Shown: one piece after another, positions 31,856 to 41,923 of the stretch
Layout of the letters: every line of letters begins with the position of its first letter
Position numbering within the stretch: position 1 is the stretch's first letter
DNA from: an uncultured Candidatus Saccharibacteria bacterium
Lineage (GTDB): Bacteria; Patescibacteriota; Minisyncoccia; Phycocordibacterales; UBA9973
DNA: 64,000 nt
Reading direction: 5' to 3'
Assembly (NCBI GenBank): GCA_964544225.1
Contig: CAZIZK010000004.1
Coordinates: forward strand, 883 to 64,882
Position numbers and translations under genes: made by a program
Notes under the pieces: generated by a model
Told to the model about the DNA's origin: nothing
Database searches by the model: none
Seen by the model: only the letters and a program-made list of their open reading frames with translations

Positions 31856-32077
31856 TTAAGTATGTATAGTCAGTAACTTACTCGGGCTATGGTGGCCATT
31901 GAATATCTTTACCTTGTTTATAGGTACTTTGTACAGTTCAGCTACTATCTCAATTACTTTCTTATTGGCCATGTTCCTTTCCGCCTTCTCCTTTATCTTT
32001 ATTTCATACCTATTGTCCCCTACTTCTTTTACAGATTCGGTTCTGGCCCCTGCTGTTACTTTTACCTTTACATACAT
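31856..32077 (-). CDS. DUF167 (YggU) family protein
   Basis: VKVTAGAR, AERNMANK, GHHSPSK. Confidence 0.85.
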   Translation of the reverse strand: MYVKVKVTAGARTESVKEVGDNRYEIKIKEKAERNMANKKVIEIVAELYKVPINKVKIFNGHHSPSKLLTIHT

Positions 32078-32079
32078 AA

Positions 32080-32628
32080 TTATTTAAAGATTACTGAGCC
32101 ACTGTCATACTTCAACAGCAATACCATCTCGCCTTTTGATGTGAACATGAATCCGTCTGTCTGATCCAACATTTTACTAAACTCCTGTTCTTGGGAACCT
32201 TCGCAATACATCAGTGTTGACATCATCTTCGTAAGAGTTATTTTATTATCCACCACCTTATACTCGCCACCCACACCATTACAGTCAGTAGTAGCCGAGA
32301 AGGTCTTGTCCTTCTTGAAAGTTATAGTAAACTTCTTTGCTACCTTTGGTGTTACCACCTTGCCATCACTATATATTGTATTGATCCATGTCCAGGTCTG
32401 CATAGATAACGTCATACGTGCAGGGTCGGCCTCGCCTTCGAAGTCTTTTACTATTATAGGCTCGGGTTCTTTTGTTACATTTTTAATACCAACATTTTCT
32501 TCTACCTCTCCAACCTGAATATTTTGATTCTCTGACAGAGTATCGGTTTGATTAAAGTTCGTCTTATAAATACCAAAGCCAATAATTATCAGAGCCACAA
32601 TTCCTAAAGATATGTATGTTTTTTTCAT
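32080..32628 (-). CDS. META domain protein
   Basis: TDCNGVGGEY...STLMYC...E; N-terminal TM. Confidence 0.85.
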   Translation of the reverse strand: MKKTYISLGIVALIIIGFGIYKTNFNQTDTLSENQNIQVGEVEENVGIKNVTKEPEPIIVKDFEGEADPARMTLSMQTWTWINTIYSDGKVVTPKVAKKFTITFKKDKTFSATTDCNGVGGEYKVVDNKITLTKMMSTLMYCEGSQEQEFSKMLDQTDGFMFTSKGEMVLLLKYDSGSVIFK

Positions 32629-32708
32629 ATACTAAGTATACACTATGTAAAATAAAAAAATAACTACACTTGTGGTGTAGCTATTTATCAAAATTTATTT
32701 GTTTTATC

Positions 32709-33086
32709 CTATTCCAAATAAGACTTGAGCAGATCAATCTCTGCTTGTGGTAATTTGTGGATAGGTCCATCGCCGAAAATGAAGTGGTCTTTATTGTAAA
32801 AGAAATCTACCGGATAACCTAGGGATTTTATATCTTTTAAAAATCCAGGAGATACCGACATTGCCACAATTTTTGCATTAGGATTTGTTCTCTTTACCCA
32901 GCTTAGATCCATATCTCCGTCCAATATTACTTGTCCAGAAATAAAATAGAGGTCAAAGTAAGATAGTGGTAAGATTTCTGTATTTTCACCACTGAACACT
33001 TTGACTTCGTCACCATAGACCCCCTTTAAGATATCTACAATTTGCTCTGTGTAGAAGCTATCTTTTACGAAAACTCTTTTTGTCAT
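32709..33086 (-). CDS. Hypothetical protein, possible receiver-like fold
   Basis: RVFVKD...FDLYFI...KIVAMS...DFFYNK pattern; the phospho-Asp is not evident. Confidence 0.45.
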   Translation of the reverse strand: MTKRVFVKDSFYTEQIVDILKGVYGDEVKVFSGENTEILPLSYFDLYFISGQVILDGDMDLSWVKRTNPNAKIVAMSVSPGFLKDIKSLGYPVDFFYNKDHFIFGDGPIHKLPQAEIDLLKSYLE

Positions 33087-33206
33087 AATAATAGGTTTTA
33101 TTTGTTTCTTTCACATTACCTTATTTGAAGAATAAGTCAAATTGAACATATACGAACCTATTTACAAATAGGTATAAATGTATTATAATAAAAGAAAAAA
33201 ATAATA

Positions 33207-33611
33207 ATGACACGTAATTTTATACCTAAAAACCGTGGGATCGTTGTTTTAAAACGACACCTACCAATGATAACAATACCTGCTATGATAGGAATTGTTA
33301 TTGTATTATTGTGGAGATTTATAATATTTCCTTTGGATTGGAATTTTACAAATCTTTCTGACCCAGTGCTATTTATTGCCCTACCTCTTGCTTGCTTAAT
33401 ATATGTGCTTTTTGCAACTATCGCAATTAGTTCTGTATTTCAGCAATACAAAGAGGTTTCAAAAAGTGTTATATTGTTGTTGGAATTGTCAACCGGGTCT
33501 TTTGTGCAAGATGCAAGAAACGAAATAAACGCTGCACATGAGAACAGCATGATGGTGAGGGTGATTTTTTTGTTCATTTTTATTTTTGTTAGTGTTAATT
33601 TTATCTTTTAG
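33207..33611 (+). pseudogene. Membrane protein gene apparently truncated near 33470 and fused to foreign DNA
   Basis: After ...SKSVI the frame continues as the antisense of a lipoprotein signal-peptide ORF. Confidence 0.5.
33440..33577 (-). pseudogene. 5' fragment of a Bacteroidota-type lipoprotein gene
   Basis: MNKKITLTIMLFSCAAFISFLASCTKDPVDNSNNN with lipobox LASC; stops at 45 aa after crossing the junction. Confidence 0.55.
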
Positions 33612-34440
33612 GGTTGCTTTGTCTGTTTTCGCTGATGGTAACAACCCCCCGATCGGTTTCTTTTTTGGTTCGTACCAAAGAACCTTCTTGATCATATTCA
33701 TACAAGGTTGCGTAATTGTTTTCATCAAGAACAGCAGTCAGTTTAAGGCTCACAGGATCATATATATAGCTTTTCATACTCCCGTTTACTGGGTATATGC
33801 GAATGTCATCAAAATAAGCTGTTCCACTTCCACTAAGCAATTCCACAGTAATATCGGTGGCACCAGAAGGAATTGTAAATTCTTCGTATATGCGCTGCCA
33901 GCCTTCAATAATCTTACCTTTACCATAGTAGGGCGCAGGGTCGGTAACTGGGCCAGTGTAATCTATTTGTATTGTTGCATTATAATACCCCGTCGCTGTA
34001 TCAGGTGCACTTGCCTCTTTTATCCATGCACTGATGGCATAGGTAGCACCAATATCAGGGACAAACCCACCTATACAATTTTCGCAATCAAATGTAGGCA
34101 TAAAACACGGGGCAGGTGCTTCAATTTCCTCGGTTTGGATGCATAGGGCTCTTGCCGTACTTATATAATCATCTGCATACAAACTTATTGTTATAGTGTG
34201 CATAAGCCCGTCAGCAGGTAAATTATTTAAACGGAATGTAAACGTAGCAATAATGGTGTGACCTATATATTCACTTAAGTCCACAGGCATGGTATCCCAG
34301 TCCATGAATTTAATGCCACTTTCAGGTTCTACATATTGGAATTTAGAACTTCCATAAATTGGATCTTTATTGTCTGCATATACACGGTACCGGTGTGTGA
34401 GGTACTTCCTGTTACTGACGTTCCATGTGGTCTGTAAGCG
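33601..34440 (-). pseudogene. 3' fragment of a large Bacteroidota-type secreted/YD-repeat-associated protein
   Basis: YFDDIRIYP...MKSYIYDP...LDENNYATLYEYDQEGSLVRTKKET C-terminus; no credible native start. Confidence 0.6.
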
Positions 34441-34444
34441 CAGA

Positions 34445-34795
34445 GCATCAGAAATAATTAGATTTACTCGACCTAACGAGACACAAAGACATACGGCTAT
34501 AAAAGAACCTTTAGGTGGAATTATTAAAGCTGCAATTAACACATTTAAACAGCTGAATGAAAATAATATAACACCTGGGAAATCTTTTGATTGGTGGGAG
34601 TTACTTGGAGAAACAGCAAAAGGGGCTGCGATAGGAGGAGGTGCAGGACTTGTGTTGGGTGCAGTTGAGGATTATGAAAATTCACAGCAAAATCCTATAA
34701 ATACTGATGCTTTTTTATTTGCAGTAATAAATGATATAAGGTTAGATAAAAATGACCCTGAATTTAAATGGTTGGATAATAAAGCACACCGATTA
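34445..34795 (+). pseudogene. Internal gene fragment with a glycine zipper, possibly the N-terminal part of a nucleotidyltransferase
   Basis: FDWWELLGETAKGAAIGGGAGLVLGAV...PINTDAFL; lacks its own start and stop. Family guess is from recall only. Confidence 0.4.
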
Positions 34796-35988
34796 CCCTT
34801 ACTTCGTAAAGAATAAATTGAATAATCTCCTTTATAAAACTGTAGGTCTTGACTGCTCCTCTTATATTTTTCAATTAAGTTAGAATCTTCAATGTATCTT
34901 TGTTCTTGGGTAAAAAATTCATAAAAATGTGTCCTACTACTGTTTATATCTTTTCTTTTAAAAAGATTATTTACGACGTATTCATCTTTTAAATCAGATG
35001 GCTTATATTTTTTATTTGTAAGAAATTTATCCTTAATGTTACTTACTAAATTAGGATCTTGAATTGTTTCAATTTGGTAAAGGATCATTCGGCCAGCTAC
35101 AGGCATGTGGTTAAATGCTGGATTTGTTCCAGCATAAATTCCTTTTAAATATTTATCTGTTTGAACTTTTCTTTTACTTATGTCAAATACAAATAAAAAC
35201 TCATCTTTCTTATTTTGTGGTGGATTAAAGTATAGTGAAATAGAGTCTTGATTATTTCTTTTAATTTTACCATCATAATAATTATTTTCAGATTTATTGG
35301 AATTTTCAATTCCCGTTGTGCGCATGAATACATGTTTGTCGGTATTAATTAATAGGTAAAGCCGAGAAATGCTACCACTTTTAGCTTCTTCTTTTGGTCT
35401 AATAAAATACCCTTCATATATGCCATAAAAATGTGGTGGTATTTCGAGATTATTGATAGGCTGATTATCGGTGTTATTTTCTTGATTATTTGGACTCTTC
35501 TGAGCACTAGTTTCCTTTTGATTATTTAGTTCTAATTGTGCACTTTTTAGAGGATCTTCTAGAGAATTTATAAAATCTCTAAAAGCCTTCATAATATCTT
35601 TAACTTGGCAAATTTCACTAAAAATAATATATGCATTGACATAATGTTCTGGTATTGTATGATTGTTTCTGTTATTATATGGATTGCCTTTTTTGGAACG
35701 AATTGGTTTGATATTGTCGGAATATTGTTTGTGGTTGAAGACTATTTTGTCAGTTTGCTTGTCAAATCTTAAGTCCTGATCTAAATAGGCTTTTACATTT
35801 GTATCTTCTTGCATTTTTTTACTAAGAGAATTTGAGCCATAATTTCCGTAAATGTCTGTATCCTTATAATCTGTTGCTAAAAGTCCAGTTATTTTTTCCC
35901 ATTTTTTAATTACGGCAATATGTATAAATTCAGCAACTTTGGGATGAAGTTTTATCTGTAAACTTTTTAACTTTTTACTTGCACTCAT
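34672..35988 (-). CDS. AT-rich hypothetical protein, probably 3'-truncated near 34790
   Basis: 438-aa ORF; the last ~40 aa are antisense of the neighbouring fragment. Confidence 0.55.
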   Translation of the reverse strand: MSASKKLKSLQIKLHPKVAEFIHIAVIKKWEKITGLLATDYKDTDIYGNYGSNSLSKKMQEDTNVKAYLDQDLRFDKQTDKIVFNHKQYSDNIKPIRSKKGNPYNNRNNHTIPEHYVNAYIIFSEICQVKDIMKAFRDFINSLEDPLKSAQLELNNQKETSAQKSPNNQENNTDNQPINNLEIPPHFYGIYEGYFIRPKEEAKSGSISRLYLLINTDKHVFMRTTGIENSNKSENNYYDGKIKRNNQDSISLYFNPPQNKKDEFLFVFDISKRKVQTDKYLKGIYAGTNPAFNHMPVAGRMILYQIETIQDPNLVSNIKDKFLTNKKYKPSDLKDEYVVNNLFKRKDINSSRTHFYEFFTQEQRYIEDSNLIEKYKRSSQDLQFYKGDYSIYSLRSKGNRCALLSNHLNSGSFLSNLISFITANKKASVFIGFCCEFS

Positions 35989-36619
35989 ATTGTACTAAAT
36001 AAATCTTTAAAATATCCTCAATATTTTTTAAAGATATTTTGAGGATTAATACTGCGAGATTAAGTAATCTTTAAGAAATAAAATAAGGAGAAGAACTTTT
36101 GTGAATAAGTTGTATATAATTGTTATTTGAGGTAAATCTTCTATAGCTTTGTATCATGCGCAATAACATTCATATATTAAGAGTTTTGCAAATCTTCAAA
36201 ATTGGATGTGATCAAATAATATTTTCAAAGTTATCCGTGAGTTTTTTTATTCATGCTACTGGCTTTCAAAGGTACACAGATTATGTATCGTTCATTAATT
36301 TCGATTTTGCCTTAACATTAGGCAGATTTACAAATAATTCTGGCAGATCTCCACCATAAAAAATGGGCATAGACTTGGTTAAAAGGCTACACCCACTTAA
36401 AATTTTTAATTATCCCAGTAAGGATTATTGATTTTAAGAACAAATGTTATAAATGTTCATCTAATATCATAGCATTTTTGGATTTATTTTTACAAGTTTT
36501 TTGCCCAAAAGTCGCGTATTGTTAGCTATAATGCAACAGTGTGGCGGGTTTGTCAATTTTATTTCCCAGAAAAATTGATGTGATTCTGTACTACTTATTA
36601 ACAAGTTAATAGATACGAC

Positions 36620-36892
36620 ATGACAAACATTTACATCAAATTCTTGTTCGCTTTTGTAGCTATCTTTCCCACGGCAAGTCACCTGGAGGTAATTTGCAAG
36701 AGTTTCTCGGAAAACATTATTGAACTATGTGCTCTTTCATTACTTTTTATTGTAATTCTAATATTTATAATATTCTATCAAGTTGGATATTATAAATGTG
36801 GTAAGGACTTAAAAATGAGATATCATATAATTCACTGGTTTATTTTCCTTTTATCAATATTTTCTTTAAAGTATATTTGTAAAAACCAATAA
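36620..36892 (+). CDS. Small membrane protein
   Basis: 90 aa, three hydrophobic segments. Confidence 0.4.
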   Translation: MTNIYIKFLFAFVAIFPTASHLEVICKSFSENIIELCALSLLFIVILIFIIFYQVGYYKCGKDLKMRYHIIHWFIFLLSIFSLKYICKNQ

Positions 36893-37103
36893 TGAAGATA
36901 AATAAGATTTATTACTTTCAGGAATGTCTTAACATAATTAATAGAATTTCTCACACAATAGCGGCGGTTTGAAAGATATAGCATCTGTTTTACCGAGGGT
37001 TTGTGCTTCTGATTTTCCTTGCAAATGGTTAGATGCAATGTGCCCATCCAACTCTGGGATGGAGAAGGATGGGATTTGATATTCTTTAAGTTGGTTTTTC
37101 ATG

Positions 37104-37301
37104 TTATTTTCTGGTTTTAAGTTTGTTTAAATAGTTACGGCAGCCTTCCATTTGTAAATCGTCCATATTGGGGTGAATCCAAGATAATTCATCAATAATC
37201 ACTGAAATTATTAACGGATTACGGAGTGATTTTCGACCACCAAAGGCCGAAATCAGGCGTTTTAAATTTGAAATAAACGGGGTAATCTTTTTGTTTTTCA
37301 T
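37104..37301 (-). CDS. Small hypothetical protein, followed by a second ORF at 37102-36938
   Basis: ATG start; the next ATG lies immediately after the stop, suggesting coupling. Confidence 0.4.
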   Translation of the reverse strand: MKNKKITPFISNLKRLISAFGGRKSLRNPLIISVIIDELSWIHPNMDDLQMEGCRNYLNKLKTRK

Positions 37302-37363
37302 GGCATTTGTTTTAGGTTAACAAATGCCCCAAACGAGTCTAGATAGCCTAGTAACTCAGGGTA

Positions 37364-37503
37364 TTGACATTATATCCCTTTTGTGTATAATGTATCTGAG
37401 TTTGAGTTCTTTACAAGCAATTTGGGTTGTTTTCCGACGTAGCCAGATTGCATTGTTTTTCAATCTCTTTTAAGGCTCCCATGACTTCTGTCATGGGGCT
37501 TTT
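37364..37503 (+). ncRNA. Candidate small RNA (promoter, hairpin, terminator)
   Basis: TTGACA-16-TATAAT; GCAATTTGG...CCAGATTGC stem; terminator GGCTCCCATGAC-ttct-GTCATGGGGCTTTT. Confidence 0.4.
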
Positions 37504-37791
37504 ATTTTGGCTTTTGTGCCTCATTTAAAGGTTGAAAATTTGGCTTTCCTTGGGCCGTTACTTTAGACACTTTTCTGCATTCCGCAGAAAGGTCAAGGGG
37601 CTGTTTTGAGTTAATTTTTCTGTAATTCATACAGACAAATCTCCATCATGACTTCTAATAACATCCACCAGTAGAATGACCATTTCCTCCAACAATTCCT
37701 CCATTATTTGAATTAATTAGTAATTTTATTGCTAAAACTTGGACTGAAAAGTATTTTTATCCTACTTTGCAAGAAAAATAAATCTAAAGCC

Positions 37792-38367
37792 ATGAATCGT
37801 ATTGATAAAATTTCATATGATGAATTATCAGCAATTAGGGCAGGGATAATTGAAGCATATTCATTAATCTCTAAAATGGAATTTAAGCCACCAGGCAGCA
37901 AGGATAACTTGGCTTATAAAAAACTAAAAGATGCAATTGAAGAAATAACAACTCATGAAATTTCTGAATCTAGTTTATTTGAATTGTTTTATGATGACAC
38001 AAAATCAGCTTTTCGGAGAATTAGATTAGATGCTTTTTATAAATTTATTTCAAGTCAGGTAAAACCTAGAAAAAGAGAAATAAATCAAGATGAAATAATT
38101 GCAATTGAAAAGTATTTCAATGAAAGATACAAACTGCTTATCAAATTGCCAGAAAGTGAATTAAATAGGGTATATCTAACACTTTTAGATATAGAGAAAC
38201 TTCAAAATTTTAAATTATTGTCTTATAAATTAGGAGACATAAAATGGGACAGAATTCTAGAAAGATTTAAAGCAAACAGTAAAATTATTTCAGGAATTCG
38301 CCTTACTGCAGATGCAATATACTTCCTGCCCTACCCCAACTGCGAGCAGAAGTCTTTTTTATTGTAA
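37792..38367 (+). pseudogene. Hypothetical gene, probably truncated near 38300
   Basis: Composition changes after ISGIR; the tail overlaps an antisense open frame. Confidence 0.45.
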
Positions 38368-38548
38368 TGTTTACTGTTTCCCCAGCCTTAATCACAATTC
38401 TACCTGAATCTCCATGTATGTCTTTGCCGACATATGCTCTTATCTGATCGTTCCAGTCACTACAGATTGTATGAGTAAAAATAATTGGAACTAATGTTCC
38501 TCCTGAAAGAATGTCGGTTTTCTGAGCAAAAAGTTGAGTTGCACAGGT
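38290..38548 (-). pseudogene. Start-less fragment of a secreted protein gene
   Basis: Open frame TCATQLFAQKTDILSGGTLVPII...IVIKAGETV with an in-frame stop immediately upstream. Confidence 0.4.
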
Positions 38549-38746
38549 ATTGGATTACGTTATTTCTTTCTCAGCTTTGGTTAAAAGAATATCCGACTAT
38601 TTTAAAAATGCCTTAGATTCTGAAAAAAATCTAATTGTAATAAATGTGTTTTCCGAACTTTATTTAAAAGATGGAGAATTGGAATATGTAGCAAAAGATG
38701 GGATTGAAGCACTTTTAAAGCGATTTGACACTCAATATTCGCAATC

Positions 38747-38821
38747 TGGCTCCCCGGGTAGGGATCGAACCTACGACCTTAGAATTAACAGTTCTCTGCT
38801 CTGCCGCTGAGCTACCGGGGA
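38747..38821 (-). tRNA. tRNA-Asn(GTT), CCA encoded
   Basis: TCCCCGG/CCGGGGA acceptor, loop CT-GTT-AA, GGTTCGATCC, 3' GCCA. Confidence 0.96.
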
Positions 38822-38968
38822 ATATTTACCTACAAAACATGCTCTAAAAGAGCTTCTGTCATACTACCAAAAATGAGCCAAAAATGCAAAATGTCTGTTT
38901 ATATAACAAGGTAATAAAAAACTGTTCCAAGCATAGCCTGAAACAGTTCTCAAATCAAATTCTAAAAA

Positions 38969-40282
38969 TTACTTCCACATGATTACTTCATCCTTTCCCG
39001 GACCAACAGATATCATGTACAGCATGACACCCAATTCTTTGTAAATGTATTCGAAATACATAAACGCATTATGAGGTAAATCTTCATGACATGTACAGCC
39101 TTTTGTAGGGCCTTCATTACACCAACCATCGAAAGTCTTATATATTGGTTTAATATTGTCCGTTTCGCGAACCATATCAAAATCCAAAATATATTTCTCT
39201 TCATCGTTTAACTCATAATGAGTACATACTTTTATGTTTTCAAATGTTGGTATGTCTAAAATATCAGCTTTAACAATCACAAGGTCGGTAACACCATTTA
39301 TCATGCAGGCATAACGTAGTGCAGGTAGATCCAGCCATCCAGTAGAACGTGCGCGCCCTGTACGGGCACCAAATTCGTGTCCAGCTTGGCGGAGCTTTTC
39401 GTCCAACTCTTTATCAAGTTTTGTTGGAAAAGGTCCATTACCCACACGCGTAGTATAAGCCTTGGTCACACCGAACACTTTGCGTACACTTTGTGCAGGT
39501 ATTCCTAACTCGCCTGGTACAGCAGATGCTAAACATCGTGAAGATGTAGCAAATGGATATGTACCAAATTGGATATCAAGCATTGTAGCCTGAGCCCCTT
39601 CGGACAAAACATCTTTACCTTCGCCTAAAACTTCATTTACAAAGGCTGGTGTGTTTACACAATTGTCTTTGTAATTCTCTAGGATAAAATCTACGGCTTC
39701 AAAGAATTTATGAAGTGGATTATTGATTTCCTCTTCATAATTTATTTTATAACCAAACAACATTTCAGCATGCTTGATATGCTTTTCTACCAGAGCATGA
39801 ACTTTGTCAGAAAAATCTGGATAAAACATATCACCAACTCTTATACCAACGCGACCAGCTTTGTCACGATAAACAGGTCCTATACCTTGGCAGGTTGATC
39901 CGATAGCGTCTTTGCCTTTACTTGCTTCTTCGGCTTTGTCGAGCATGATATGTGAAGGTAGTATAAGGTGTGCACCTTTACCTAAAAAGAAATTCTTTTT
40001 AGTATTGGCGCCATATTTTTCTACCTTTGCAATTTCATCCACAAGTAAACTCGGGTTAACAACCATACCACAAGCTGAAAGCGACGGTATAGAAAAGATA
40101 GTACAAGGAATAGTGTTCAATACCACCTCATCACCACCTATATAAAGTGAGTGTCCAGCATTCGGTCCACCATGTGGCCGAACACCAAGTGCATAATTAG
40201 GGGCCAGACCGTGAACGATCTTTCCCTTTCCTTCGTCACCCCATTGTAGGCCAACGACAATATCTACGTGTCCTTTTTTCAT
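38969..40282 (-). CDS. purA: Adenylosuccinate synthetase
   Basis: QWGDEGKGK, GGPNAGH, EGAQ, KAYTTRVG, GARTGRAR. Confidence 0.96.
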   Translation of the reverse strand: MKKGHVDIVVGLQWGDEGKGKIVHGLAPNYALGVRPHGGPNAGHSLYIGGDEVVLNTIPCTIFSIPSLSACGMVVNPSLLVDEIAKVEKYGANTKKNFFLGKGAHLILPSHIMLDKAEEASKGKDAIGSTCQGIGPVYRDKAGRVGIRVGDMFYPDFSDKVHALVEKHIKHAEMLFGYKINYEEEINNPLHKFFEAVDFILENYKDNCVNTPAFVNEVLGEGKDVLSEGAQATMLDIQFGTYPFATSSRCLASAVPGELGIPAQSVRKVFGVTKAYTTRVGNGPFPTKLDKELDEKLRQAGHEFGARTGRARSTGWLDLPALRYACMINGVTDLVIVKADILDIPTFENIKVCTHYELNDEEKYILDFDMVRETDNIKPIYKTFDGWCNEGPTKGCTCHEDLPHNAFMYFEYIYKELGVMLYMISVGPGKDEVIMWK

Positions 40283-40340
40283 ATTTTTTCAATTAAAGTT
40301 TTCTTCACTTTATGCTCATGCGCAAGTAAAGTCAATAGAG

Positions 40341-41828
40341 TTATTTTGTATAATTTGGAGCTTCTTTGGTAATAGTAATATTGTGTGGGTGACTTTCCTT
40401 CATACCTGAAGCAGTTATCTTGTTGAATTGGGCATTCCAAAGTGTCTTTATATCTTTCGCGCCAGCATAGCCCATACCTGATCGTAGTCCCCCAACATAC
40501 TGATAAATTATCTCAGACACTGTCCCCTTGTAAGGCACAATACCTACGATACCTTCGGGCACCAACTTGCTTGCCTCCTTCTCTTTGTCTTGGAAATATC
40601 TATCCTTTGAACCTTCTTGCATAGCCTCTACTGAGCCCATGCCTCGATAGCTCTTGAACTTGCGTCCATCAAGTAGTGTTACTTCACCCGGAGCCTCTTC
40701 AGTACCGGCAAATAGTGAACCTGCCATGATAAGTGATGCACCGGCTACGAGTGCCTTTACCATGTCGCCACTGTATCTGATACCACCGTCGGCGATCACT
40801 GGTGTGTCTAGTCGTGCTTTGCGAAGTGCGTCTACTGCATTCATCACAGCAGATAGTTGTGGCACACCAATACCCGATATAATACGTGTTGTACATATGG
40901 ACCCTGGGCCCACGCCCACCTTTACCGCGTCGGCACCGGCACGAGCAAGTGCTACTGCACCCTCGCCTATGGCAACATTACCTACTATTAGTTGTGCGTT
41001 CTTGAACTTCTTCTTTATAGTCTTTACTGCATCGATAATACCCTTTGAGTGGCCATGTGCACTGTCTAGCACCATGACATCTACACCTGCATCTATAAGG
41101 GCACTTACACGTTCCATCATGTCAGGGCTCACCCCTATAGCTGCACCTACGCGTAGTCGGCCACGAGTATCCTTGCAAGCGTTTGGATATATTTCTTTAT
41201 TCAATACGTCTTTGTATGTAATGAGTCCAACTAGTTTGCCAGCCTTGTCTACTATTGGCAATTTCTTTATACGGTTTGACTCCAAGATCTTCTTTGCTTC
41301 ATTCATTGAGCAACTCTGACCTGCTGTGATAAGGTCGCGAGTCATAACTGAAGAAACAGATTTTGATAAGTCAGATGTAGCGCGCATATCACGGCCTGTG
41401 ATAATACCTACGAGCTTGCCATCATTGTCTAGTATTGGCACTCCACCAATATTCTTGTTCTTCATTAATTTATTTGCGTCGGCTAAAGTTGCATTTGTGT
41501 TCAGAGTAAATGGGTCTTCGATAATTGCATTCTCGAACCTCTTTACTGTACGCACTTCGCTAGCTTGTTGGTCGATAGACATGTTCTTGTGGATAATACC
41601 CAGGCCCCCGTTCTGAGCTACAGCTATAGCAAGCCTGCTCTCGGTTACAGTATCCATAGCCGCAGATATAATAGGAATATTGAGTTCAATAGTCTTTGTT
41701 AATTTTGTCTTTATAGACACATCACGAGGCAGTACCTCGGAGTATGCAGGCACAACCAGCACGTCATCGAAAGTCAATGACTCTGCTATTGGAGTCCTCT
41801 TTGGGGCTCTTGGTGCTACCTTTTTCAT
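40341..41828 (-). CDS. guaB: IMP dehydrogenase
   Basis: LTFDDVL, AAMDTVTE, CBS pair, GPGSICTTR, YRGMGS. Start moved to ATG 41828. Confidence 0.97.
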   Translation of the reverse strand: MKKVAPRAPKRTPIAESLTFDDVLVVPAYSEVLPRDVSIKTKLTKTIELNIPIISAAMDTVTESRLAIAVAQNGGLGIIHKNMSIDQQASEVRTVKRFENAIIEDPFTLNTNATLADANKLMKNKNIGGVPILDNDGKLVGIITGRDMRATSDLSKSVSSVMTRDLITAGQSCSMNEAKKILESNRIKKLPIVDKAGKLVGLITYKDVLNKEIYPNACKDTRGRLRVGAAIGVSPDMMERVSALIDAGVDVMVLDSAHGHSKGIIDAVKTIKKKFKNAQLIVGNVAIGEGAVALARAGADAVKVGVGPGSICTTRIISGIGVPQLSAVMNAVDALRKARLDTPVIADGGIRYSGDMVKALVAGASLIMAGSLFAGTEEAPGEVTLLDGRKFKSYRGMGSVEAMQEGSKDRYFQDKEKEASKLVPEGIVGIVPYKGTVSEIIYQYVGGLRSGMGYAGAKDIKTLWNAQFNKITASGMKESHPHNITITKEAPNYTK

Positions 41829-41864
41829 AACACGATTATAGACTTTTTCCGAGGATACGTCAAA

Positions 41865-41903
41865 GAAAACCCGGCCCGTGCTTAAGGCACGGGCCGGGTT
41901 TTC
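41865..41903. terminator. Strong intrinsic terminator
   Basis: GAAAACCCGGCCCGTGC-ttaag-GCACGGGCCGGGTTTTC. Confidence 0.8.
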
Positions 41904-41923
41904 TGTTTTATATTTCAATATTA

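Larger units (their letters stand above)
33470..38746. other. Mosaic island of foreign gene fragments abutting the 3' end of tRNA-Asn
   Basis: Composition shift; overlapping truncated ORFs on alternating strands; no integrase or att repeat seen. Confidence 0.65.

Noticed and set aside
38550-38810. 86-aa ORF as a complete gene
   Set aside because: Its last third is the antisense of tRNA-Asn and it starts at TTG at an apparent junction; treated as a fragment.
33470-38821. Prophage or ICE integrated at tRNA-Asn
   Set aside because: No integrase, structural or conjugation genes and no duplicated tRNA 3' end found in the window.
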